A stretch of DNA of 57,006 bases, filler included, from Dugesia japonica (Eukaryota): the NCBI GenBank assembly GCA_001938525.1. It is 5 parts of 5 records of this genome, joined end to end, with 100 filler letters (N's around TTAATTAATTAA, not from the genome) between each part and the next. Parts side by side here need not be neighbours in the genome. Positions count along the whole stretch, not along the records: positions 9,583 to 19,526 come from MQRL01590406.1; positions 19,627 to 28,309 come from MQRL01446553.1; 3 more parts are not named here. One strand, 5' to 3'. Below the pieces are notes generated by a model that worked only from the letters and a program-made list of their open reading frames with translations, was not told the origin of the DNA and made no database searches. The position numbers were made by a program, and so were the translations under genes. Below, piece by piece: positions 12,230 through 23,781 of the stretch (within the stretch, counting starts at the first letter, position 1; each line of letters starts with the position of its first letter).

Positions 12230-12520
12230 ACTATTTTGTGGTGTTTGGACTTGATTTGATAGCATATTAGTTATTTCAGATGTTATTTTATTAGATATAC
12301 TTTGCTACCTTTGGAATCATACTGGTTACTCAGCTATGTAATAATGACAACATTTTCAAGCTCAGCTAACGCATTAGATTTTAATTTTGGTAGTATATTT
12401 CCGTCATTAGCTAGTACATCCTGAGCTGTTTTCATACCAAAAGAAACAATACGTTTAAGAATCAGCAAAGGAAATCTACCTATTGTTCTCAAATAACCAG
12501 ATCCATACTGTTTTCCAAGT
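12230..12520 (-). pseudogene. Small conserved Polinton virion/core-type protein between penton and MCP
   Basis: QYGSGYLRTIGRFPLLILKRIVSFGMKTAQDVL resembles the QxGxG...G...A.DVL small Maverick protein, and sits in the expected position. Confidence 0.55.
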
Positions 12521-12539
12521 ACTATACATTGACAAAATA

Positions 12540-13385
12540 TCAGGATGAATTTTGTAGTTTTCTAAAATGTAAAGATAAATGNGTTTTTGAATCTTTTAGA
12601 AACTTGATTAATTTTCCGTTATCATCGCGTATATTAATTTCTATATTGTTTATACATGAGGTTGCAATAGGTAAATACATTGGATTATCAACAATTATTT
12701 GTACTACTTCATAAGTTTCATGCCTTTCTATCCATACAGAGGTTAACAAAGGTACACTAACATTTCACACAATTATAGGTTCAACAAGACTACTATAGAT
12801 AATGATCTTTGGATTTCTATCACCATGTATCACACCATTCTTCATATCTGCAAGTGAATATTAATCATTTTCTAAGCCCAATGTTCTTGACAAGACTTTA
12901 TCGAATGTAACCGTTTTGATATTATCTTTCAGTGAGAATCGAAATAGATTATTTGCTTTGAAAGAAATTGTATTAAATAAATCAGATCCGCTTTCTGTTA
13001 AATCTTTACTTAGTTGCTTTAATAATGTTATGTATAATGCATCTTTTAACTGTACAGTATGATAAGTTACTTTAGAATAAGCCATTATAATTTTTAGATT
13101 TTCTAATGAAGAATCTTTAAATAATGAATACTTCATAAAAAGCTATTTTTATCCATCTTTTTAGATTTATATCGGAATCAAAATTTATGTGCAATAGTCT
13201 CATGTTCAAATGTGAGTACATATGGATATTTACAACCAAGAGTTAAATAACCTCTGTAAGATTTAAAAGCATTCTCATTTTTCTTGACAGTCACGACTTT
13301 TGTTTTTTGAATAAGTGTAACAGTTATTTCATTTACTAAATTTTTAGATGACATGTATTGAATTTTAGAATTGCTATATACAAGG
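12540..13385 (-). pseudogene. Polinton/Maverick minor capsid (penton) protein
   Basis: C-terminal IYSSLVEPIIVGNVSVPLL...NPMYLP...IEINIRDDNGKLIKF...LSLHFRK. N-terminus truncated at the junction with the integrase. Confidence 0.85.
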
Positions 13386-13740
13386 AACTTCGTATTAGCA
13401 GATTTTGATTTAACAGGAACAGTTCTTGCAAATCTACTGAATATATCGATACATGTCAAAATATACTTGTAACCTTTATTAACTTTTGAATATGAAATCA
13501 TCTCCATTAGATCCATTTGCCATAAATAATCAATACAATATGTTTTATATGCTCTTGTTGGAAATCTTTTCAACATTGGCTTGTTCATGCTGTACACTAG
13601 CTGCCCAAATAATCACGTTTTTGTCTTTTTTTTCGTTTTTTGAGTTGCATTCATCAACTTTTCTATACCTCGAAAACCTGCTAAGGTTTTTGGATCCGCA
13701 CATATTGTCTTCAGTTTTCCCATTACAACAATTTCATGCA
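13386..13740 (-). pseudogene. Polinton-type rve integrase, N-terminal part
   Basis: YADPK, YSMNKPMLKRFPTR, IDYLWQMDLMEM, NKGYKYILTCIDIFSRFA, PVKSK. The rest of the DDE core is deleted. Confidence 0.9.
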
Positions 13741-13799
13741 AATTGTTAGTCCAAATTAGGTAATTATTGCAATTTTCTCATTGTTTATTAATATATTGA

Positions 13800-14138
13800 T
13801 CAAAAACTTCAATTTTCTTTTGAAATGAGTTAAGCCTAATGCTTCTAATGCAAATGATAGTAATGCTGCTATAAATTTACCACCTTGATTATTTCGTTTT
13901 ACTTTCCTCATCAATCTCCTATTTTTAGTATTTACAAGTGACAGTAAGGATTTTTTATGTTTTTTAATGTTTCCTTTTTAGCTTCGCTCAAATTTACATT
14001 ACCACAAACAATATTTACAATAATCTCAAGTAAATTATCCATAACATATGATGGAAACGGTTCCAAAATTCTCATTCTCATTGATTTTGATGATTTAATC
14101 CAAGCCGTAAAAAACGGAATACTTCTTTCTAATTTCAT
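13800..14138 (-). pseudogene. Small conserved Polinton protein with a QGG-hydrophobic-helix C-terminus
   Basis: LLEIIVNIVCGNVNLS...K..L, then after a frameshift NQGGKFIAALLSFALEALG. This fits the Maverick small ORF upstream of INT. Confidence 0.7.
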
Positions 14139-14514
14139 TTTATTTCAATAACAAAGACATACCAGTTAATTATTTATAATGATATCCATTTTCCATTCAT
14201 CAATTACAGTTTCTTTCCAGTGCTTTTTGCAAGTTCTTTAAACTTATTAAATTCATTTTTCTTATTTGTATGTTTTCTTATGTGATATTTATTTTCTTTT
14301 CACTATTTTCTGAAAGTTTTTTAAACTTATTCAATTGTTTTTTCTTATTTGCATACCTTTATTTAAAAGGTTGCTTTTTGTGAGATTTCGTTTTATAAGA
14401 TTGATTTGTATTTTTCTTCAAAACCATCTATTTTTTGTTTAACGACAGCACAGTAACTGAATCAACTACAATTTTCTTAAACTTTACCATTTTATATAAT
14501 ATTATAAAAATTAC

Positions 14515-14660
14515 CTGTTTTGTTTATATACTGTGATACCATTAGTGTTGAATATATCTTTCTTCACACTATAATCATCTGAACATTGTTGTGTAAAGTC
14601 AGGAAATATATATCCATGTGGCTTTTCTGTTGCATCTTGAAATGATTATACACTCATAAA
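14515..14660 (-). pseudogene. Polinton A32/FtsK-like packaging ATPase, C-terminal fragment
   Basis: YNHFQDATEKPHGYIFPDF...DIF matches the DAT..PYGYL.ID C-terminal signature. The upstream part is replaced by a non-LTR insertion. Confidence 0.75.
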
Positions 14661-14699
14661 CTATACATTCTTGCGTCGATCTGTTGGATGAATATCAAA

Positions 14700-15900
14700 C
14701 TCAATGTGTTGTGCAATATTTTAAATTACTTACCTCAAGATGCATGTACACAAATAAAATTAATAAAGACTCCTAGTCTTTTGTAGCAAGTCCAAGAATA
14801 AACAAACTAAATCTATCAATAAATGAATGTCTCAAATGGATAAATGGGAAAAAACATTGAAAAACTGAAAATCAAGCCTTTTCAGCAAATAAGAACTGTA
14901 ATAAATCTTTTCAAAAGGATTCATGAAACAGATATATAGTTTTATGTACTTAATAAAGAAATAGTTTTTTATATGACAAACAAGACAAGAGAAACCCAAG
15001 TTATTACTCATACCTCTAGTAAAGACATTTCAAATATCATTCACAACGTACTTTGATTCATACGCTGAAAAATGGAAAAAATTAAAGTAACCAACTTGAT
15101 ATTCACAGTTATTCAAATGAGCCCTATTATTAATAAAATGATTTTCAAAAGTGTCCTCAATGAATTTCAGTGGAATTTTATTCAAAGTGCATGAACAAAC
15201 TCTCTATCAATACGTGGAAGATCATTTTTTGAAAAAACAAAACTGTCGGCGCTGTTTTACTGAAAATGAATCTTAATGATATGTTCTTCAAAAATGCAAT
15301 ATGGATCAGGTAATGCAACTAAAAGACATAATGTTTGCCCTGATATTATTGTCAGCAAACTTAAAATCTCAAATGGTGTTGTTGAAGTCAAAATAATAAA
15401 TAAATATATTTTGTATTCTAGGGAAAGAGTGGATGCTACAGTAACTAATGTTGTAAAAGACAATGTATTTAATTGATGTCAAATGCCCAATAGACCGCAA
15501 AAAGAGTTCTAAAGAGTGTAACAAAAAAAAATTCGAAAAATATAATCTATTGAAAAATAAAGTGAAAATAGCGAAGCCTGACTTTGAAGTTGAATCACAT
15601 ACTTGCATAATTGAATCACTTGGCTCAATTCCAACCACAACCACTCGAATTCTGGAAAAGATTATCGAAAACATAAATATAAATAAAAGAATATTAAAAG
15701 ATTACTCCAAATCAAATATAGCCTACTCAGCAGAAATATAGAAATTCAACAAAACTAGTATCAGAAACCACAAAATAACTTTCGATATTCAAGAATAGTA
15801 TATAAAGAATTGAAGAAACGTGTGTGGGTTCCATGCCGAACCTAAAACAACACTGTTTGTATATTCAAACTTATATTTATATTTAATAAATTTATTAAAT
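14700..15900 (+). mobile_element. 3' end of a non-LTR retrotransposon with restriction-like endonuclease (NeSL/R5/R2-type)
   Basis: CRRC...VLQKC zinc-knuckle remnant, RHN, PDII, IDVKCP, K..KY, IIESLGS, followed by a 3' UTR with AATAAA. Confidence 0.75.
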
Positions 15901-16025
15901 ACTATATGCTCATAAACCCTATATACTCATAAGCCTTATACATTTATAAACCCTATACTCATAAACCCTATACACTCCTGAACCTTATACTCATTAATTT
16001 ATACATTCATAAACCCTATACTCAT
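15900..16025. repeat. Minisatellite, unit ~ACTCATAAACCCTATAT (17-19 bp)
   Basis: About 7 degenerate units; the array resumes after the solo LTR at 16517. Confidence 0.8.
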
Positions 16026-16516
16026 TGTGAGGTCGATTCATGAACTTCAAATATCTGAGATTTTTTAATTTTTATATATATTACGTATATATTATTTAAA
16101 CATTTATTTCTGAAACTTTTAAATATTATTGAAAAAATGAAGATAAATTTTTAAAAATTCTTAAGGGCTTTTTTGAAATTAAATTATTTAAAATCAAAAT
16201 AAATATTTTATATTATATAAAAGTATAAAATTATAAAAATTGTTTTATAATATTAAAATGTTTTAAAATCAAGATTGATATTTTTTATTATGGGAAATTA
16301 TAAAATTATAAAAAATTGTTTTATAAAACTATCATAAATAAAATATGTTTAAAAAAGGAAAACCGATATTTTAAAGAAATATATTTTATGAAAAGGTCTC
16401 AGATTATTTGTTTGAATATTGTGACTTGTTCTTCATCATTTTTTCATTTTAATAAAAGACTTGTAATAATCAAAAAGAATTTATGGGGACTTGTGAGACT
16501 TTGATTTTAATTAATA
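16026..16516 (+). mobile_element. Solo LTR of the 3735-4799 gypsy family
   Basis: TGTGAGGTCGATTC...TTAATA, colinear with the reverse complement of 4390-4799 and flanked by CTCAT (16021-16025 and 16517-16521). Confidence 0.8.
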
Positions 16517-16529
16517 CTCATAAACATTA

Positions 16530-17793
16530 TACAGATATCAAACGTTTTACTTATCAAAGATTGTCACTACTAATATGTTTTTTAAGAAAAATTGTTAGTA
16601 ATAATGTTTTTTATGAAAAATAGTCACTACTTATATGTTTCTTTAAAACATCGGAATTTTGAGATTTCTTCATCGTAAAACCTTATTTCTTTCATTGGGT
16701 ATTAACTTTGGCAAATTGTAGGTTAACATATTTAGAATCAGCTGAAAAACTTCTATCAAATAGAAACTTTGTTATCGTATTTAAGAAGGAAATTATTTTT
16801 GAAAAGTTTGTATTTGGGAAAAATGATCACCGTAAAATTATAAGCAGTTTGGTATAACAATCTTTGAAATCAGAGATAAATAAAATATTTTTTCAAAACT
16901 TTTGACTGTTCACCTAGATTCCCATTAAAACTTGATTTAAAAAACTTTAAATTTTCATATTATTTAAACAACATGAACGATTTGCACGTATACCTAAAAT
17001 AAATATACATAAAAAATTTTCAAAGAACTTGAAAATTTAAACAAAGTCGACTTTTACCATTAATTTCTATAGAATTCAACCAAAACTGACCAGCCCGAGT
17101 AAATTATCACTCAATTTCACCTAAAACTGACTACTGTGAATAAATAACTGACAAAGATTTTCCAAACATTAATCAATAAAATAGACCAATTTCACCCTAT
17201 TTTTCCCAAATTGACCATACCGAGGAAATATTTGACCAAATCGTCCAAAACTAGCCAAATTGTTTATCGACCGAAAAATTACCAATCACGAAGGAAACTT
17301 CAACCAAAAAACCCAAATTAACCATTCCCGAGAAAATCTTTCACCAAAACACCTAAAAATTACCAATCCCAAGTAGAAATTGGACCCATTCATCTAAAAA
17401 CTACTCAAACCTAGAAATCCCGATGAAATACTGGAACAAATTCACCTGAACCAAACAAAAATTGACCTCATTCGACCTCATTGAATAAATACCCAACTAA
17501 AAAGCCTGGAAAAATATTGCCGCTTAAAAAGCTTTACAAACAATTTGCCAACTAAATCTTCAGGAAAAAAATTTTGCCAACTAAAATCATTTAAAAATTT
17601 TCTACCGCCTAAAAAGCCTGAAAAATATTACAAATTATAAATTAAATAATAAATTTAATTGATGGATTAAATTTTTGATTATGTAATTACATCATAAATT
17701 AAACTATCAAATTACACATAATTGCACAAATTACATCACTAATCATGGGGTTGTTATTAAGGTATTTGTGGCAATGCGCTAGTACACCCTACT
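16530..17793 (-). mobile_element. Non-coding repeat-rich Polinton-TIR-like element end
   Basis: Degenerate tandem repeats ending in a terminus whose reverse complement reads AGTAGGGTGTACTAGCGCATTGCCAC. Confidence 0.45.
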
Positions 17794-17944
17794 TTTAATT
17801 GACTATAAAAGGTCTTATTAAATAACAAAAATCTTTTGAGCTAACATAATTTGTTTAAAATATATGAAGAAGCAGAAGATGCACTACCACAAAGTTGTTT
17901 TCATTATAATTCTTGTCTTATTAGAATGTCAAATGATTAAAAGG

Positions 17945-17977
17945 TATATTATAATTATTATAATAATAATAATTGTA

Positions 17978-18033
<56 letters not shown>

Positions 18034-18083
18034 NNNNNNNNNNNNNNNNNNNNNNNNNNNNNNNNNNNNNNNNNNNNNNNNNN

Positions 18084-18135
<52 letters not shown>
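17945..18135. repeat. (ATT)n microsatellite
   Basis: ATT trimers around an N gap; these generate the poly-I and poly-N ORFs. Confidence 0.95.
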
Positions 18136-18138
<3 letters not shown>

Positions 18139-19437
18139 TGGGGTGAAACACCTGGTACCGGAAATAAAAATGGTGATAAGTAGACTCAAAGTTCAAAAAA
18201 TTGTAGTCAGAAAAGAAAGCAAAGCATTCATACCCAAGAAGAATATAGTTTAGTGAAAGAAAGAAATAATTAAAAGGAAAACCAAGATTGGTAGTTAAAA
18301 CCAACGAAATAACCAACAAAGCCTAAAGTTCACAACAAGAAACAACTCAGAAACAAACAAACCAAAGAAGAAAAGAAGTAACAGAACTTGTAGCAGGACA
18401 AAGAAAAATAATGAATAACCATTATTTCATTAGACAAAATCAAGAAAATCACATGGAATTAATACTGGAACAAAGAAATATTAATTAAAAAAATTATTTA
18501 ATAGAAGAGAACAGCGAAATTAAATTAAAAACAAATCAAGAAACAAAGAAATGAACACTTAATTAAGATTCACAACGAAAATAAAATAAATAATTTATTT
18601 TGTTTAAATAAAATAAATCATAAAAATTAAAATGATTTATTTTAAATAGAAAATTAAATTTTCTACAAAAACTAAGAAAATTAGGACTTCTAGTGGTGCC
18701 AAAATTATCAATTTAGAAAATTCTGATCAAGGAAAAATCGGGAAATTCGAATCATCACAAATCATAAAGAATCATCACTTTTCAATCAACCTTACTGAAG
18801 ACAATTAGCAACTCTCAATCAAGATAACTAAGATTTTCCTTTTGGAGGAGCAACGATTTTCCGACTCAAAAATGGAAAGCTATGGAGGACCACTAAAGTC
18901 GTTAATGGCTACCGAAGAGGCCCAGCTCCAGTTATTGTGCATGATCCGGATCGGTATATAGGTCATGTTAGTTTTATTAATTGTCGTATTTACTAAGCAT
19001 ATGTATAAGAAATGAAATTTGCCGTATTCAATATATTTTTCACTAGTTCAATTATTTTGATTTATTTTTCCCCATTAACTTTATTCCCAGAACTTACTTA
19101 AAGTATGGGTTGTTAAAATGGAACGTTTGAATAAACTATTACCGCCAAACTTTTAACACCAATTAGTAAAATCTAATGGAATAAAAATGTAATAAATTAT
19201 TTTTGATAAATTAATCAATGATATTTGATAAGGAACAAGTATCTAAAGAATCGAGCCAGTATCATGTAGTAGGAACCCGAACCAAAGGGATGCGAATCTG
19301 TACTCGAATTTCGAGTCAACGACTCCATTCCGAAGATCTGGATTTTTTGGGGACGCCAGATTAAATTCTTCGAGGGGTTTACTAGGCCACCCTATATTTA
19401 ATTATAAAAAGTTAGCCCCCTAGGTAAAACCCTAACA
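18136..19437. mobile_element. 1.3-kb TG...CA-bounded element (candidate solo LTR) inside an ATT microsatellite
   Basis: Starts TGTTGGGGT and ends ACCCTAACA (imperfect inverted termini). TTAA lies on both flanks and ATT repeats on both sides. Confidence 0.45.
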
Positions 19438-19626
19438 TTAATATTATTATTATTATTAATATTATTATTGTTATTATTATTATCATTATTATTATTATTA
19501 TCATTATTATTATTATTATTATTATTNNNNNNNNNNNNNNNNNNNNNNNNNNNNNNNNNNNNNNNNNNNNTTAATTAATTAANNNNNNNNNNNNNNNNNN
19601 NNNNNNNNNNNNNNNNNNNNNNNNNN

Positions 19627-21060
19627 CAAATAAATTGGTAGCTTCTAATCTCTTTATCTTCTCTTTAGTTGCTGTTGTCACTACTTTGGTCTTCTGACAA
19701 CTTTCACAACTACGAACTATTTTCTGTATTTGGCTCCACAAATTATTTGCAATATATTTTATTCTCATATATTCGTACACCTTTTCAACTCCTGCATGGC
19801 ATAATAATTTATGTATTTCTTCTATTGTTTCATGTAATTTGTCATCCAGAATTTTCATTTTCTTGATCAAATCTGTTTCCTCAGAAATATTTAAATTATC
19901 TTATTTTTCCTTTTCAATTATATTCAATAATCTCGTTTTAATCTTCTCTTTCTTGGAATCTTCATGTGACATTTGGCATTGTACACATACCTCACATCTT
20001 GGTCTAGATAAAAAATCTGCATTAGCATGCTGAATTCCTTTTCTATATTCCAAAACCATGTCTAAACTGCTCAGATAATTAATCCATGTCTGGAATTGTG
20101 ACGTAATTGGTTTCTTTAACGTCATCATGAAAGTTAGATCTTTGTGATCTGTTCTAAGAGTAAATCTTCTACCATACAAATAATGTTTGAAATGTATACA
20201 GAAATAAAAAAACAGCCAATAATTTCTTTCGTTTAATGCAGTAACCCTTTTCATGACTTTTCATTGAGTGTGATCCATAGGCAACAACTCTTTCTCTTAC
20301 TTCTTTAACTCTCTGTGACAATACTGCTCCAATTGTATCGAAACTGGCATCTGTATCTAATATAAATTCTTTGTTTACGTCTGAAAAACACAATATTGGT
20401 GCAGTCTTTAGAGATTTTTTCAGACCTTCAAAAGTATCGTTTATTTCATCTGTCCATTCCAATTTCTTGTTGCTTGTTCCATTAAAACAATATTATCCGT
20501 GTTTTGTTGAAAACGCCGATTTTTCCTGAGATACTTCTTCGAGCTCTACCTGATAGTATGCATTTCCCAAATCCATTGAACTGAAATATTTGGCTCCATC
20601 TAACTTATCCAGCATTTCATCAACATTAGGCATCGGAAAAGATTGTCTTTTCGTTACAGCATTCAATTGTCTAAAATCCAAGCATATTCTTATGTCTTTC
20701 TTTTCCTTTTTCCAAACACAGATCAGTGGGGTNNNNNNNGAAGAGTTGCATTTCCGGATAATATTATTCTCGAAAAGGTATTGGATAGCTTCTTCAATTT
20801 TAGATTCTAAATTTATTGGCGGTCTGTACGGTTTTACATTAATTGGTTCACCACTAGTGATTATTTTGTGACTTATCAGATGTATGCGTCCTACATACCA
20901 TTTATCTACCATAAAAGCATCTTCTTTACTTCCAATTATTTTCAATAACTGTTGATTGTCTTTAATCTTTAAAATATTTCAGACTCTTGTTAATCGCTCT
21001 CCTTTTTTAATTTGTCTCCCAAATTACGCTTCAATATTACAAATGTAATTTTCATTGTTT
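19627..21060 (-). pseudogene. Ty3/gypsy pol fragment (RT N-half, RNase H, integrase zinc-binding domain)
   Basis: RICLDFRQLN, FSSMDLGNAYYQV, FILDTDASFDTIGAVLSQ, FTLRTDH, NADFLSR, H..LCHAG...CESC. The RT YxDD segment is deleted. Confidence 0.92.
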
Positions 21061-21364
21061 CTTCAATTTCTTATGAAATACAAGTATTTAAATATTAATA
21101 TTTAGATATCTTAATTCCTATTGGGTGAGATTATTTATAATTAATTAGATGAGTTTGAAGTTCTCATCGGATCATTAATGTCAAAATTCATTTCTATAAA
21201 AAATTTATTCAGAATACAAAATCTATATCTAACTCTATTTGTTTATTCAAACAAATTAAAATTTCTATAAGCATTCATCTTTGCATTAAAAATCTAATAA
21301 AATAGATTATTGTAACAAATTTTAAAAGAAATTCAAAATTCCCCTTCTCCCTCCATATCCACTC

Positions 21365-21680
21365 ATCCCCCAATACACATCACATACATAATTATCTTTA
21401 CCATTTATTCAAAGAAATGAGTAAATTAATATTAATTGGTTTTTCTACGAGCTTCCTATCTATTTGAACCATTAACCTAATTTAGTAAAAATGCATTCTT
21501 CATAACCAACCACGCCTACCACGCTCCATACCCTCCTGCAATTATAAAAATAAAGTTTTACTAAATTGCGAAGGTCTATTGATATATTTCTTGCTCGTAG
21601 AAAAAAACCATTATAAATATAGAAATAATTATTACACATAACTGGTAGAGAAAATTATATATATATGATAAGTGGGGTAG
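21365..21680. repeat. ~320-bp degenerate palindrome centred near 21523
   Basis: Symmetric arm pairs AATTTAGTAAAA/TTTTACTAAATT, GGTTTTTCTACGAGC/GCTCGTAGAAAAAAACC, TACCA/TGGTA and CCCC/GGGG share one centre. Confidence 0.7.
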
Positions 21681-21731
21681 AGAATTAAGAAATAAGAAAA
21701 GTCTTAAGAAAAAAGCTTAATGTAATAAAAG

Positions 21732-22290
21732 AATGAATGAAGAAAACACATGTCCAAATTGTAATCGTGAATTTTAAACATTAAAAACTCAAAAGTTCCA
21801 CATTAAAATTAGATGGGTATTATAAAAGTAAAAGAAAATATTATTTTAAAAAAGCGAAAGTCGCTTACTTAATGAAATGTGAAGTATGTGAAAAGGATTT
21901 CCATAAAAAGACGGATTATTTAAACTATATGAAAAGCAAAACGCATTAAAATAAAACACAAAAGATGGAAAACAATTGTTAGAAATTAGATACAAAAGAA
22001 TTTAATGAATACTTTTTAAAAAATGGATATGAAAAATCAATATTTTTGATAAATATGAAAGAATCACAAAAGAATTTGAATTCAAAGTCAGACCTCAGGG
22101 TGTTATAACAAATGTTAAAATTTCATTATTTAAACATTTGAAAAATATTAATAATTACTATATTTCAATAATTTCTAAATTAGAAATAAGAATAGGAACG
22201 AACTGCTTATATGAAAAGCCAGATAAATCATTAAATATAGAGATGTATTTCATAAGTCCAGCAAAAGTTGTTACGAATACAAAATAACAT
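21732..22290 (+). pseudogene. Decayed C2H2 zinc-finger ORF, possibly Polinton-derived
   Basis: TCPNCNREF...KFHIK and KCEVCEKDFHKK...KSKTH, with stops and frameshifts. Confidence 0.5.
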
Positions 22291-22300
22291 TAGATGAAAA

Positions 22301-22633
22301 ATCAGGTCATGCAGAAAGTTCGTAAAATTCATACATAAAATAAAAAATTGTTTCCTTATAACCTAATCGATGTATAATCACAGAGACCGAACAACAACAA
22401 GTACCCAACGATCACGTAAAGTAATTAAATCATCAATAAAGAAAATTTGTTTTTGTCTAATGCAAAAATCACGAACACAATCAATTAAATCACCACCTGA
22501 ATTAAAATTCCTGCCTCGTAAGTATTTCTTTAGGTTAGAAAATAAGAACTCAGGGAGCAACGTCAGGACTATAGGTGAGATGATTTAATGCAGTGAAATT
22601 TGCGTCATTGAATTTGCAGTTTGCAACAATTTA
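22301..22633 (-). mobile_element. mariner transposon 3' end (transposase C-terminus and probable TIR)
   Basis: YSPDVAP...LF..LKKYLRGRNF...FF...I..L..RW. Plus-strand ATCAGGTCATGCAGAAAGTTCGT at 22301 is mariner-TIR-like. Confidence 0.8.
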
Positions 22634-23781
22634 NNNNNNNNNNNNNNNNNNNNNNNNNNNNNNNNNNNNNNNNNNNNNNNCAACTTTCCGATTTGTTTTG
22701 CTTTAATTGATTGTTTCAATCTCAAATATAAATAATTGCAAAGCTCACCCGTAAGTTAAATAATTTTCAATAATTCATTTTAAATCTTAACATAACACTT
22801 AAAATTAAAATAGAATAGTATTCATTAACCATTTTAAAAAATAAGTAGACACCGCTAAAACTTTGTACATATTTCTTTAAAATTCTCTTGCTCATTATTT
22901 GCAAGAGACAATTTGTGCGCTAATTTTCTATTGTCTAGCACTTCTTATGTCAAGCTTTGGCTGTCTAGTAATATTCATTTATCTCCTCCATCATAAGCAT
23001 ATTTAGAAAACTATTTATTTTACTTTGTATATTCATCAATCATATTTTGTTTATATTCAATTTCACCAGAATTAGAAAATTCCCATACACACAAACCATT
23101 AGATTTATATATATTTCCCATAAAAAGTGGATGTTTAAAATATTAAACCACCAAGAAAATACGTATTTTCAAATATATAAGAGATAAAATGTTAATATTA
23201 ATCATTTAAAATTAAAANNNNNNNNNNNNNNNNNNNNNNNNNNNNNNNNNNNNNNNNNNNNNNNNNNNNNNNNNNNNNNNNNNNNNNNNNNNNNNNNNNA
23301 TCACTACTAGAGTGAGCCACAATGTGGCGAGTATTTTTAGTTTAGGATGTTTAGTAATTTTTCATTTTAAAAGAAGTCTACCATCACTACTATTAGGAGT
23401 ACAGATAAATAATGTGAATTTTTTTAATAACAAAGGAATGATAATTTCAAAAGATACATAAAAAATAGTTTATTCAAAGTATAGGACGTTACTAGACACA
23501 TAATTTAGTTAATTTATGGAAACTGTACCTAAAGAACNNNNNNNNNNNNNNNNNNNNNNNNNNNNNNNNNNNNNNNNNNNNNNNNNNNNNNNNNNNNNNN
23601 NNNNNNNNNNNNNNNNNNNNNNNNNNNNNNNNNNNNNNNNNNNNNNNNNNNNNNNNNNNNNNNNNNNNNNNNNNNNNNNNNNNNNNNNNNNNNNNNNNNN
23701 NNNNNNNNNNNNNNNNNNNNNNNNNNNNNNNNNNNNNNNNNNNNNNNNNNNNNNNNNNNNNNNNNNNNNNNNNNNNNNNNN

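Larger units (their letters stand above)
10798..14660 (-). mobile_element. Decayed Polinton/Maverick morphogenesis-integration module
   Basis: Collinear order ATPase > ORF > small QGG protein > INT > penton > small QxGxG protein > MCP > protease, all on the minus strand. Confidence 0.9.

Noticed and set aside
1658-14660. pPolB and the capsid module as a single contiguous Polinton
   Set aside because: They are separated by several unrelated insertions, a duplicate MCP and scaffold gaps, and no shared TIR or TSD is visible. Linkage cannot be supported.
4390-16516. Inverted ~450-bp repeats (4390-4799 and 16026-16516) bracketing Polinton genes, resembling Polinton TIRs
   Set aside because: One copy is followed by a PBS and gag, and the other has its own 5-bp TSD. 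They are gypsy LTRs that happen to lie in opposite orientation.
17864-18319. Poly-Ile/poly-Asn/poly-Leu ORFs (also 34657-34888)
   Set aside because: These are translations of ATT microsatellites and N gaps.
19350-19358. TGGCGTCCC (minus strand) as a tRNA-Asn-type PBS
   Set aside because: It is only a 9-nt match, with no gag or paired LTR identifiable downstream.
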